Assembly (NCBI GenBank): GCA_035515335.1
Contig: DATJBN010000064.1
Location: forward strand, 1 to 38,504
DNA length: 38,504 bases
Source: Syntrophales bacterium
Lineage (GTDB): Bacteria > Desulfobacterota > Syntrophia > Syntrophales > UBA2185
Reading direction: 5' to 3'
Shown here: in pieces, positions 18,140 through 26,854 of the stretch
Numbering within the stretch: the stretch's first letter is position 1
How the letters are laid out: each line of letters opens with the position of its first letter
The notes under the pieces: generated by a model
The model's input: only the letters and a program-made list of their open reading frames with translations
Databases searched by the model: none
What the model was told of the DNA's origin: nothing
Program-made: the position numbers and the translations under genes

Positions 18140-18228
18140 ATGCTCCGCCGACACCTTCGAGGGATTTTTTTCCAAGGCGAAATGTCTTTTCTAAGTTTCC
18201 TGAAATCAGTGCGTGATTTGAAGCGAGA

Positions 18229-18744
18229 TCAGATGCGCCCCTTCCTCTTCAGGGCCTCCTTGAAGACGTGGTAAAAAGCGGCGTTATCGTTGAGGCTGCG
18301 TTTGAGGATAGCATCGATATCATCGATGTTCTTCATATTGACGACGATATTCACGCTCTTGTGGAAAGCGGTCATGTTGTCCATGGTGCGGTATCTATTA
18401 CTCAGGAGCGCTACGAAGACCTGCCTCCTCGTGCCAATGCTGAGATTGGCGAGAGCACCGAGGACCAGATTGGCATCGGGCTTTTCCGTATCAAAGTTTT
18501 CATTCAGTATGATGACATCGTAAACGTGGAAGCGCATATTCTTGAGGGCGTCTTTTACGGAAGCAGGCTCAGTAATCTGGTAGCCCATGAGCCTGAGCGA
18601 GCCGGTGACCTTTTCTCTGGCAACGGGATCAGATTCGCAGACCAGTGCGGTCCCGATCCCGACATCCACGAAGTCGAATGGCTTATCTGAGGCATCGTAC
18701 AGGTAAGAATCTTCTTCAGTGAAATTGGTCTTTTCTTCTTCCAC
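18229..18744 (-). CDS. Hypothetical protein with a receiver-like (pseudo-receiver) pattern, last gene of the pilT operon
   Basis: GTG start 15 nt after the upstream stop. Beta-strand/helix periodicity ALVCESD...YDVIILNENF...VFVALLS...NIVVNMKN resembles CheY-like REC, but Asn sits where the phospho-acceptor Asp is expected. Confidence 0.6.
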   Translation of the reverse strand: MEEEKTNFTEEDSYLYDASDKPFDFVDVGIGTALVCESDPVAREKVTGSLRLMGYQITEPASVKDALKNMRFHVYDVIILNENFDTEKPDANLVLGALANLSIGTRRQVFVALLSNRYRTMDNMTAFHKSVNIVVNMKNIDDIDAILKRSLNDNAAFYHVFKEALKRKGRI

Positions 18745-18758
18745 GACCTAAGTCCTCT

Positions 18759-19937
18759 TCATCTGCGTTTCTTAAATCTCCCGTAATCTCTATCGACCTC
18801 AAGCTTGCCCAGGATATCTGTCGTAGTCTCTCCCCTCTCGCTCTTGACGGCGTCAATGCCGCGCCCCACCGCGCCCCGGTTGGATGCAAAGGCTTTGGCG
18901 GTATCTTCGGTGATGAAGCCGTGTTTATAAAGATCGACTATGTATTCGTCGAATGTAACCATGCCGAAGGCCTTGCCGGAAAGAATTATGTCCTCAAAAG
19001 TTTTCCCATCCGCTTCGCCATGCAGGATTGTATCTTTCACGCGCATGTTTGTTCCCATTATCTCGAAGGCCGCGACGCGGCCTCCGTCGACCCGGGGCAG
19101 GAGCCGCTGGCAAATGATCCATCTTACGGTGTCGGCAAGGCGGATGCGGACCTGCATTTCCTCTTCCGCAGCAAACATACCGAGTATTCGGTTAATGGTC
19201 TGGCCTGCATCCACCGTATGGAGAGTTGCCATCACCAGATGGCCTGTTTCCGCCGCGCTCATGGCTATTTCCACTGTTTCCCTGTCTCTCATCTCGCCGA
19301 CAAGGATGACCTTGGGTGCCTGTCTCAAGGCGGCGCGCAGACCGCTCGAGAATGTGTCAAAATCTGTCCCCAGCTCTCTCTGGTTGAAAGTCGCCATCTT
19401 GTGGGGATGTGCATATTCGACAGGGTCTTCGAGGGTGATCACATGGATCGACTTCTGCTCGTTGATCTCATTCAACACTGCGGCAAGCGATGTGGTCTTG
19501 CCGGTGCCCGTGGCACCGGTCACGAGGATGATTCCGTTGTGCTCCTTCGCCATCTGATAGAATGCATCGGGCAGGTTCAATTCCTTGCAGGTTGGTATTT
19601 TGGATTCCAGCTTCCTCAAGGCAATTGAGTAATTGCCTTTCTGCGAGAATACATTGACGCGGAAGCGCGCCTTGCCGGGCAGTTCGTAAGACAGGTCGCA
19701 TGAGCCTTCGTTAACGAGCATGTCCGTCAACCGGCGGTCCTGGTTGATCAGGTTGAGGGCGAATATCTCCGTCTGGAACGGGGTCAGTTTTTCAAAGCGG
19801 GGGTCGACCTCCGCCACCTTCAACACGCCCACCGTTTCCACCTGGAACGGCTTACCCACGGTGATGTTCAGGTCCGAGACGTTCTTGTGAGAGTCCAGCA
19901 TCTTCGTCAGGATGTAATCTATTTCCTGTTTTCTCAT
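18759..19937 (-). CDS. PilT/PilU-family type IV pilus retraction-type ATPase paralog
   Basis: Walker A TGATGTGKTT, Walker B ILVGEMRD, and His box ATLHT. It has a C-terminal extension and lacks the AIRNLIRE-type PilT motif. Confidence 0.85.
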   Translation of the reverse strand: MRKQEIDYILTKMLDSHKNVSDLNITVGKPFQVETVGVLKVAEVDPRFEKLTPFQTEIFALNLINQDRRLTDMLVNEGSCDLSYELPGKARFRVNVFSQKGNYSIALRKLESKIPTCKELNLPDAFYQMAKEHNGIILVTGATGTGKTTSLAAVLNEINEQKSIHVITLEDPVEYAHPHKMATFNQRELGTDFDTFSSGLRAALRQAPKVILVGEMRDRETVEIAMSAAETGHLVMATLHTVDAGQTINRILGMFAAEEEMQVRIRLADTVRWIICQRLLPRVDGGRVAAFEIMGTNMRVKDTILHGEADGKTFEDIILSGKAFGMVTFDEYIVDLYKHGFITEDTAKAFASNRGAVGRGIDAVKSERGETTTDILGKLEVDRDYGRFKKRR

Positions 19938-19960
19938 GGCGTATCCCTCTCTTGCTTTCC

Positions 19961-21043
19961 TCAGGCTTCGGTAAAATCAAGCGGCGGCGCCTTCAGAAGA
20001 GGTCTGAACTTTGCCTTGTCGTTGGCTTTCATGTAGGCATCGTCCGCTGTGATCCATCCCTTGTTGCAGAGGTCCAAGATGGCGTCGTCAAGAAGCTGCA
20101 TGCCGTACTTCCTCCCCGTCTGGATCATGTTCGGTATCTGGAAGGTCTTGGATTCGCGGATGAGATTGCGAACTGCGGAATTGGCGATCATGATCTCGAG
20201 CGCAACGCAGCGGCCCCTCCTGTCGACTCGCTTGAAAAGAACCTGTGAGATAACGGCCCTGATTCCGTCAGCCAGCGTGGAACGGATCTGCATCTGCTCC
20301 TCGGCGGGGAATACCTCTATGATGCGGTCGACGGTTCTCGCCGCACTCGACGTGTGCAGTGTGGAGAAGACGAGATGGCCCGTGTTTGCAGCTTCGACGG
20401 CCAGCGATATCGTCTCCATGTCCCTCATTTCGCCCACCAGGATTATATCCGGATCCTCGCGCAGCGCCCCGCGCAACGCCGCTGAAAAGCTTTTGGTGTG
20501 GAGACCGACCTCCCTGTGATTGATGATGCAACCTTCGCTCTGATGGACGAATTCGATGGGATCCTCGATCGTGATTATGTGATCCTTCCGGAGCCGGTTC
20601 GCTTCATCTATGATCGCGGCAAGGGTCGTTGATTTCCCGCACCCGGTAGGGCCCGTAACGAGAACAAGCCCCCTGGGCAGTGTGGCTAGTTTAGCGATCA
20701 CAGGCGGCAATCCCAAATCCTGGCACGTCATGATCCTGGTCGGTATTTCTCTGAAAACTGCAGCCACCCCGAATTTCTGGGAGAAGAAATTGGCCCTGTA
20801 CCGTGCGAGGTTGGGTATCTCATAGGCAAAGTCTATGTCGCCTGTCTCTTCAAACTGCTTGACCTTGTGTTCAGGTGCAATCTCATAAAGCATTGCCTTG
20901 AGCTCGTCATTGTTCAGCACATTGTACTTCACCCGCTCCATCTCTCCCCTTATGCGGAGGACAGGTTGCTGTCCGGCGACTAAATGCAGGTCTGATGCGC
21001 CCTGGTCGTGCATCAACTGGAAAAAAGCATCAATCTTTGCCAT
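19961..21043 (-). CDS. pilT: Type IV pilus twitching-motility ATPase PilT
   Basis: GASDLHL, Walker A GPTGCGKSTT, ILVGEMRD, STLHT, and the PilT signature AVRNLIRESK. Confidence 0.9.
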   Translation of the reverse strand: MAKIDAFFQLMHDQGASDLHLVAGQQPVLRIRGEMERVKYNVLNNDELKAMLYEIAPEHKVKQFEETGDIDFAYEIPNLARYRANFFSQKFGVAAVFREIPTRIMTCQDLGLPPVIAKLATLPRGLVLVTGPTGCGKSTTLAAIIDEANRLRKDHIITIEDPIEFVHQSEGCIINHREVGLHTKSFSAALRGALREDPDIILVGEMRDMETISLAVEAANTGHLVFSTLHTSSAARTVDRIIEVFPAEEQMQIRSTLADGIRAVISQVLFKRVDRRGRCVALEIMIANSAVRNLIRESKTFQIPNMIQTGRKYGMQLLDDAILDLCNKGWITADDAYMKANDKAKFRPLLKAPPLDFTEA

Positions 21044-21196
21044 AGAATATCTCCCCGGGTGTCATGAAATGTATATCCGTGCGAGGCAGGCACATCGTAT
21101 CTCCCTGTTACTGAATTTCGGCATCTCTTAAGATGTATCGGGAGAATGGAATTTTACTTTAGTAAAGTTTTCTGATTTAGGGCCCGATGTCTCGGG

Positions 21197-21225
21197 AGTA
21201 TAGGAAAAGACCTCATGTTTGTCAA
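21197..21225 (-). promoter_or_regulatory. Near-consensus sigma70 promoter for pilT (TTGACA-N17-TATACT)
   Basis: On the minus strand the -35 is at 21220-21225 and the -10 at 21197-21202. This implies a leader of about 147 nt. Confidence 0.55.
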
Positions 21226-21252
21226 GGTGAAACCCCTTTTCCTAACTATTGC

Positions 21253-21280
21253 TTGACACGGATTGCGGGGATCGTATATT
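21253..21280 (+). promoter_or_regulatory. Sigma70 promoter for tRNA-Ala (TTGACA-N16-TATATT)
   Basis: Hexamers at 21253-21258 and 21275-21280, about 45 nt upstream of the tRNA and back-to-back with the pilT promoter. Confidence 0.5.
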
Positions 21281-21325
21281 ATCGATTCGTCCTGATTTTT
21301 TGACGACCTTCTTCTGGAAATGAGT

Positions 21326-21401
21326 GGGGATGTAGCTCAACTGGGAGAGCGCGGCGTTCGCAATGCCGAGGTCAGGGGTTCGATCCCCCTCATCTCCACC
21401 A
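21326..21401 (+). tRNA. tRNA-Ala (anticodon CGC), CCA encoded
   Basis: Hand-folded cloverleaf: acceptor GGGGATG/CATCTCC with G3:U70, D stem GCTC/GAGC, anticodon stem CGGCG/TGCCG with loop TTCGCAA, and T arm AGGGG-TTCGATC-CCCCT. The 3' end is ACCA. Confidence 0.93.
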
Positions 21402-21410
21402 GGAATAGAA

Positions 21411-21451
21411 AAACAGGCTGCTTTTGCGTGGAAGCGGCCTGTTTCTTTTTT
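21411..21451. terminator. Bidirectional rho-independent terminator (11-bp stem AAACAGGCTGC / GCGGCCTGTTT) serving tRNA-Ala and the convergent DHS-like gene
   Basis: The stem is followed by CTTTTTT on the plus strand and TTTTTCT on the minus strand. It overlaps the TAA of the minus-strand gene. Confidence 0.75.
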
Positions 21452-22463
21452 AGAAAATCTTCGCAAACCGTCTTTTTTTTCGTTTCTTCCAGTTCCCCTT
21501 GTGGTAGGCGTAGCTTGCAAGCAGGGGAAGCGCAGTCGTAGCCTCGGAAAACACCATCTGCTCGCATGCCATATCCACCTTTCCCCAGGAGGCGGCCTCC
21601 TTCAATGTGGAGCTCGAACAGGCGCCGTCCCTCACGTCCGCCACGGTTATCTGTACCGCATACTTGTGCATGGGTGCCTCGAATCCCAAAATCTCTGCAC
21701 ATATGACCGTGTCCTGAGCGAAGTTCTTGGGTACCCCCCCGCCGATCATGAGAAGCCCGGACGTGGGGGACTTTATTTTGATCATGGTAAGTTCGCGGAA
21801 ATCCTTCACCGCGTCGATTGAAACATGTTTATCAGGGTGTTTGTCCTGGTGCAGAACAAGGCCGAAGCCCGCGCTGCTGTCGGAAAAGGCGGGACAGAAT
21901 ATCGGGACGTCGTTTCTGTATGCGACTTCCACGAGTGAATCCTTCTTGACGGCATTCTTTGCAAGAAATTTTCCCATCTCACGGACGAATTCGCGGGATG
22001 AATACGGACCGGGCGGAAGTGTTTCGGCAATCTCTGTAACGGTCTTGTCGCAGACCTGGAGCTTCTGCTCGTCGATGTAGGTGTCGTAGATTCGGTCGAT
22101 GTAGAGTTTTCTCAATACCCTGTCATCCACGTGGGGGCTTCCCTGGTAGTGCCTGAATCCTAGAGCCTCGAAGAAGTCCATATCCACGATGGTGGCGCCT
22201 GTGGCAACGACCACATCCACCATGTTGTGCTTAAGGAGGTCCGAGTATATCTGCATGCATCCTGCGGCGCTCGTGCTTCCTGCGATAGTGAGGATGATCG
22301 TGCAGTCTTTATCCTTAAGCATCATGTCGTAGATGTCCGCCGCCTGGGCGAGGTCTCTCGCCGAAAAAGACATCCCTCGCATGGCGTCGATGATGCGTTC
22401 CGCATTGAATGATTTTATGTCGATATGATTAACAGGCTTTTTCAGGTAGTCCTTCTTTTTCAT
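21450..22463 (-). CDS. Deoxyhypusine synthase-like (DHS / homospermidine-synthase family) protein
   Basis: AGSTSAAG, VVATGATIVDMD and MIGGGVPKNF motifs are typical of the DHS fold. The protein is 337 aa. Confidence 0.85.
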   Translation of the reverse strand: MKKKDYLKKPVNHIDIKSFNAERIIDAMRGMSFSARDLAQAADIYDMMLKDKDCTIILTIAGSTSAAGCMQIYSDLLKHNMVDVVVATGATIVDMDFFEALGFRHYQGSPHVDDRVLRKLYIDRIYDTYIDEQKLQVCDKTVTEIAETLPPGPYSSREFVREMGKFLAKNAVKKDSLVEVAYRNDVPIFCPAFSDSSAGFGLVLHQDKHPDKHVSIDAVKDFRELTMIKIKSPTSGLLMIGGGVPKNFAQDTVICAEILGFEAPMHKYAVQITVADVRDGACSSSTLKEAASWGKVDMACEQMVFSEATTALPLLASYAYHKGNWKKRKKRRFAKIF

Positions 22464-22610
22464 AATCTCCTCGACGAATAGGATATCCTTTTGTTTGGAG
22501 GAGTATAAAGAACGAGGGTCTTGTAGTCAAGCCAATTTGGCTTCAGGAGAGGAAAGCGGGTGGAAGATGAGCCCCTGCCGCTGATGCCGGCTGGGGCTCG
22601 TTTATGTTTC

Positions 22611-23534
22611 TTAGTAGTTTACTTTTTCGATTCCCTTGAGGCCCAGAATCTTTCTCGCCTCATCCGGTGTGGCTGGTTCTATCCCGAGTTCGCGCGCGAT
22701 GCGGATGATCTTCGTCACCTGCTCGGCGTTGCTTTTCGCCATTCTGCCCTTCTCGAGAAATACATTGTCCTCGAGGCCGACGCGCACGTTCCCGCCTATG
22801 AGGAGGGACTGCGTGCAGATCGGAAACTGGGCGCGTCCGGCAACGCATACTGAAAACTCGAAGTCTCCGATCATCTTCTTTGCATAATCCACAAGGAACA
22901 TCAGGTTCTCCGAGCTCGGCGTGATGCCTCCCAGTACACCCATAACGAACTGTATATAAACGGGCTTCCTCACATATCCGGCCTGGATCATGAAGGCCAC
23001 GTTGTTTACCATGCCTGAGTCATATATCTCGAACTCGGGCTTGGTTCCGGATTCATTGAACTTCGCGCAGTATTCCCTCATGGACTTGAAGGTGTTGGGA
23101 AAGATGAAGTCCTCCGACATGGCGAGATACTGTGTCTCCCAGGGAAATTTCCACTCTGTGTATCTCGGTATTACGGGAAAGAGGGCGAAGTTGATGGAGC
23201 CGGCATTGAACGACGCAAGCTCCGGCTTGTAGAGGGTTACAGGCGCCACGCGCTGCTCTACGGTCATGCCGAGCCCGCCGCCCGTTGTAATGCAGACTGC
23301 TATATTGCATCGGCTCTTTATCTTTGTGATGATATCTTTCATGAGATTGACGTCCGGCACTGGCATGCCATTCTCAGGATTCCGCGCGTGTACGTGACAG
23401 ACGGCCGCTCCCGCTTCATAGGCCCGCACTGCCTCGTCGGCAATCTGATCGGGCGTGATCGGAAGATAGTCGGACATCGTAGGCGTGTGAATGCTTCCTG
23501 TTATGGCCGCCGTAACTACAGCTTTTTCTTTCAT
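22611..23534 (-). CDS. BKACE-family beta-keto-acid cleavage enzyme (DUF849; 3-keto-5-aminohexanoate cleavage enzyme-like)
   Basis: VTAAITGSIHTP, AGAAVCHVHARNPENG and the TIM-barrel-length protein of 307 aa. Confidence 0.85.
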   Translation of the reverse strand: MKEKAVVTAAITGSIHTPTMSDYLPITPDQIADEAVRAYEAGAAVCHVHARNPENGMPVPDVNLMKDIITKIKSRCNIAVCITTGGGLGMTVEQRVAPVTLYKPELASFNAGSINFALFPVIPRYTEWKFPWETQYLAMSEDFIFPNTFKSMREYCAKFNESGTKPEFEIYDSGMVNNVAFMIQAGYVRKPVYIQFVMGVLGGITPSSENLMFLVDYAKKMIGDFEFSVCVAGRAQFPICTQSLLIGGNVRVGLEDNVFLEKGRMAKSNAEQVTKIIRIARELGIEPATPDEARKILGLKGIEKVNY

Positions 23535-23556
23535 CTGTCTTCTCCTTGCAACGATA

Positions 23557-24462
23557 TTATTTCTTCGGGTTTAGAAAATCGGGCTCCAGAAATTCGGGAT
23601 TCGGATATGTATAGAATCCTTTCCCGCTCTTCACGCCCAGTTCGCCTTTCTTGATCTTCTCCATAAGGGCGTCAGGTGGCTTGTCCTTCGGGTCTTTCGA
23701 ATCGCTGTAATAGACCATCTCGATGTTGTAGACCGTATCCAGTCCGACCGTATCCATCAGGCCGAAAGGCCCTATCCTCATTTTGGTGAATATCTGCCAG
23801 GCACGGTCGATATCCCGGAAGTCGACAAAATCGTTTCCCCACATGTACAGGGTCTGTTTTTTGATCGCACGCCAGACGCTGTTGAAGCAGAAACCGAGTA
23901 TCTCCTTCTTCACCTTGAGGGGAACCATCCCGAGTGAACGAAGCCAGTCCTCACCCTTCTTGAGAACCTCGGGGAGGGTCTTCGTTCCGCCCATAATGTC
24001 GGCCATATTCATTCCCTGAAGCGGAAGATAGAAGTGTGTATTTATGCACCTCTCCGGCCTGCCGCTGCTCTCTTCCATCCGCGACACAGGAAGAGACGAG
24101 CTGTTTGTGGCGAAGATCGCCTTGGGTGGCGCCGCCGCTCCCATCTCCCTGAATATCTTCTTTTTCAGTTCCACGTCTTCAGTTGCCGCCTCGACGACCA
24201 GATCGACGTTCTTGAGCGCGTCTTTGAGGTTTGTTGTGAAGGTGATTTTTTTCTTGCATTCCGCCCAATCGTTCCAGGGAATGAATGGGTTTGCAACCTT
24301 TGCCTTCAAATCCGCAAACAATCTGTCGTATGTATCGTCGAAGGCGCTCGGTCTGGTATCGAAGGCCGTTACCTTGTAGCCTGCATATGCCGACAGCATG
24401 GCAATCTGTGTTCCCAGAACGCCGACGCCAACGACGGTAACACGGTCAAATGGTTTCGTCAT
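23557..24462 (-). CDS. 3-hydroxyacyl-CoA dehydrogenase family protein
   Basis: N-terminal Rossmann VVGVGVLGTQIAML and the NAD-binding plus C-terminal HADH domain pattern (THFYLPLQGMNMADIM). Confidence 0.85.
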   Translation of the reverse strand: MTKPFDRVTVVGVGVLGTQIAMLSAYAGYKVTAFDTRPSAFDDTYDRLFADLKAKVANPFIPWNDWAECKKKITFTTNLKDALKNVDLVVEAATEDVELKKKIFREMGAAAPPKAIFATNSSSLPVSRMEESSGRPERCINTHFYLPLQGMNMADIMGGTKTLPEVLKKGEDWLRSLGMVPLKVKKEILGFCFNSVWRAIKKQTLYMWGNDFVDFRDIDRAWQIFTKMRIGPFGLMDTVGLDTVYNIEMVYYSDSKDPKDKPPDALMEKIKKGELGVKSGKGFYTYPNPEFLEPDFLNPKK

Positions 24463-24536
24463 AAATCCTCCTGCTGATAATTTTTATTTCCGTACCCATC
24501 TTCTCAGATGTCCTGATGGATACTGAACAAATCTTT

Positions 24537-25826
24537 TTATGCTCTGATCAGCCCTGCTTCTATTGCCTGCTTTCGCAGTCCCTCGCGGAAATCAGGATGG
24601 GCAATGCCAATGAGTTCATTGACTCGGGCTGTGATCGGCTTGCAGTAGAGATCCGCGATCCCGTATTCCGTCACAACATACATGACGTCGGACCTCTGTG
24701 TGGTAACCACAGCGCCCGGTGGAAACGACGCCGTGATGGTGGAAGTTTTCTTTCCATCCTTTGTCTCAATCGTTGACGGCAGGCAGAGAAATCCCTTGCC
24801 TCCCTTCGAAAGCGCGGCACCCCTCGTGAAGTCCGATTGGCCGCCGGTGCAGCTGTACTGGGCAAACCCGAGCGATTCGGAACAGGATTGTCCCGTCAAA
24901 TCGACCATCAAGGTCACATTGATGGAAATAAGATTATCAACCTTGGCAATCTCACTCGGGTCATTTATAACCCTGACGGGCCTCAGTTCCACCCTCTCGT
25001 CTGCCATGAAATCGTAAAGTTCAACGCTTCCCAGGCCGAAGCCGGCTACAATCTTGCCCGTGACAATTCCCTTTTTGATAAGGTCCAGCATCGAATCCAC
25101 AAACATCTCGGTATAGATGGAGAGATTTTTCCTGCCCGTCAAAAAATAGCCGATCGCATTGGATAGGCCGCCGACTCCTATCTGGATCGCTGCCCCGTCG
25201 GGAATCTGGTCGGCAAGTAGTGCTGCGATTTTCTTGTCGACCTCAGTTGGCGTTGGTTGGGGAAGGGGCGGCAGCTCGTGGTCGAATTCGCAGATATGGG
25301 TGACCTTGCTGACATGAACCTTGTGTTCGTATCCGCGCACCTTCGGCTGATACTTGTTTACCTGTACGATAATTTTTTCCGCCTGCGCTTCTGCGGTTCC
25401 ATTCCAGCCGGCCCCCAGGGCGCCATAGTGCAGAAAGCCATCGTCGTCGGGTGGCGAAACGTCGGCGAGCAGGACGTTAATCCTGTAATAGTCCCGCATG
25501 GCGATATATGTTTTGGAAAAGTTGACGGAGTTAACGTTTACGTTTCCGATTTTGAAAAAAGCCCTTTCATATGGGCCCATAAATATGGTGTGGAAATTAA
25601 TGCGGCCTATATATTCAGGCGACTTCAGGAACTTAAAGGGATGCAGCACAAGGCCCGTAACGATATGGACGTCCTTGAGTTCGTTTACACGATCTGCAAG
25701 GGCCTCCACCATCTGTATCGGCGCCCCTGAGCATGGAGTCATCCAGATTCGGTCCCCTGATTCAATCTTGGAAGCGGCTTCCTCGACGGATAAAAGCTTG
25801 CTCTTATATACCTGTCTCCAGTCCAT
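24537..25826 (-). CDS. Acetyl-CoA hydrolase/transferase-family CoA-transferase (4-hydroxybutyrate CoA-transferase-like)
   Basis: SGDRIWMTPCSGAP, YTEMFVDS and CTGGQSDFTRGA motifs in a 429-aa protein. Confidence 0.85.
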   Translation of the reverse strand: MDWRQVYKSKLLSVEEAASKIESGDRIWMTPCSGAPIQMVEALADRVNELKDVHIVTGLVLHPFKFLKSPEYIGRINFHTIFMGPYERAFFKIGNVNVNSVNFSKTYIAMRDYYRINVLLADVSPPDDDGFLHYGALGAGWNGTAEAQAEKIIVQVNKYQPKVRGYEHKVHVSKVTHICEFDHELPPLPQPTPTEVDKKIAALLADQIPDGAAIQIGVGGLSNAIGYFLTGRKNLSIYTEMFVDSMLDLIKKGIVTGKIVAGFGLGSVELYDFMADERVELRPVRVINDPSEIAKVDNLISINVTLMVDLTGQSCSESLGFAQYSCTGGQSDFTRGAALSKGGKGFLCLPSTIETKDGKKTSTITASFPPGAVVTTQRSDVMYVVTEYGIADLYCKPITARVNELIGIAHPDFREGLRKQAIEAGLIRA

Positions 25827-25866
25827 GGTGTTTCCCTCCTTTCCCTGTTCGGAGTAGAAATTTCCA

Positions 25867-26832
25867 TCAGAGTTTCTTCAAAAATTTCAGAATCTCAATA
25901 AGGCCGTCATCGCGCCACTTGACAATCTCTTCCGAAGAGCGGCCTTGATCGGATGAGCGATTGGCCATCTCTTTGTTGACGCCTTCCTGCGCCATTTCAG
26001 CCCAGCCCGCGGGGATTTTATTCCATACGGCCATGTCTTCCCACCATAACTCCACCGAAGGCCCGATGTGCTTTATGAGGCCCTGAATGCCGTGCGGTCC
26101 GCCGCCCAGATGATAGGTTAGATTGGGACCCATTAGCGCATAACGCAGTCCCGGCCCGAAGCACACGGCCTTGTCCACGTCTTCGAGAGAACAGACGCCT
26201 TTCATGACAAGATCTATTGCTTCACGCCAGAGAGCAACGGCTAACCTGTTGGCGATGAAACCTAAGACCTCCTTCTCTAGGACAATAGGTTCCTTGCCGA
26301 TCGACTTGTAGAATGCGTATGCCCTTTTTATGGTTTCTTCTGCTGTCCTCTTGCCCCTGTTCATTTCGACGAGCGGAATGAGATGAGGAGGGTTGTAAGG
26401 ATGGGCGCCGAGACATCTCCCCGCATTTTTTGAATTCTTCGTGATCTCCGTGATGAGAAGGCCGGAAGTGCTGCTCGCAAAGATCGCATCTTCCGGCGCA
26501 TATCTATCCACCTCTGCAAGCAGCGCCTGTTTCACGTCGTATTTCTCAAGTACCGATTCCTGTATGAACCCTACACCATCAACAGCCTCTCCGATCTTTG
26601 TCGTGTACTTCGCGAGTCCGAGGGCCACGTTCATCTTGTCTTTTGTCAAGATGTCTTTTCCGACAAGATACTCCATGTTGCCCCGGATGCTGGCGCGGGC
26701 GGTCTTCACGGCTTCATCGCTGATGTCGTAGATGTGAACGGGGAAACCTTTCCAGAGAAAGTTCGTAGCCCAGCTCGATCCTATCGTCCCGCCTCCGAGG
26801 ACAGCCACTTTTTTTATCTCAGGTTTTTTCAT
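25867..26832 (-). CDS. HADH-fold dehydrogenase resembling L-carnitine / 3-hydroxy-acid dehydrogenases
   Basis: VLGGGTIGSSWATNFLWKGFPV (compare the carnitine dehydrogenase N-terminus), HPYNPPHLIPLVE, and GGPHGIQGLIKHIGP. Confidence 0.8.
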   Translation of the reverse strand: MKKPEIKKVAVLGGGTIGSSWATNFLWKGFPVHIYDISDEAVKTARASIRGNMEYLVGKDILTKDKMNVALGLAKYTTKIGEAVDGVGFIQESVLEKYDVKQALLAEVDRYAPEDAIFASSTSGLLITEITKNSKNAGRCLGAHPYNPPHLIPLVEMNRGKRTAEETIKRAYAFYKSIGKEPIVLEKEVLGFIANRLAVALWREAIDLVMKGVCSLEDVDKAVCFGPGLRYALMGPNLTYHLGGGPHGIQGLIKHIGPSVELWWEDMAVWNKIPAGWAEMAQEGVNKEMANRSSDQGRSSEEIVKWRDDGLIEILKFLKKL

Positions 26833-26854
26833 AAATCACTTCTCCTGCCCCGGG

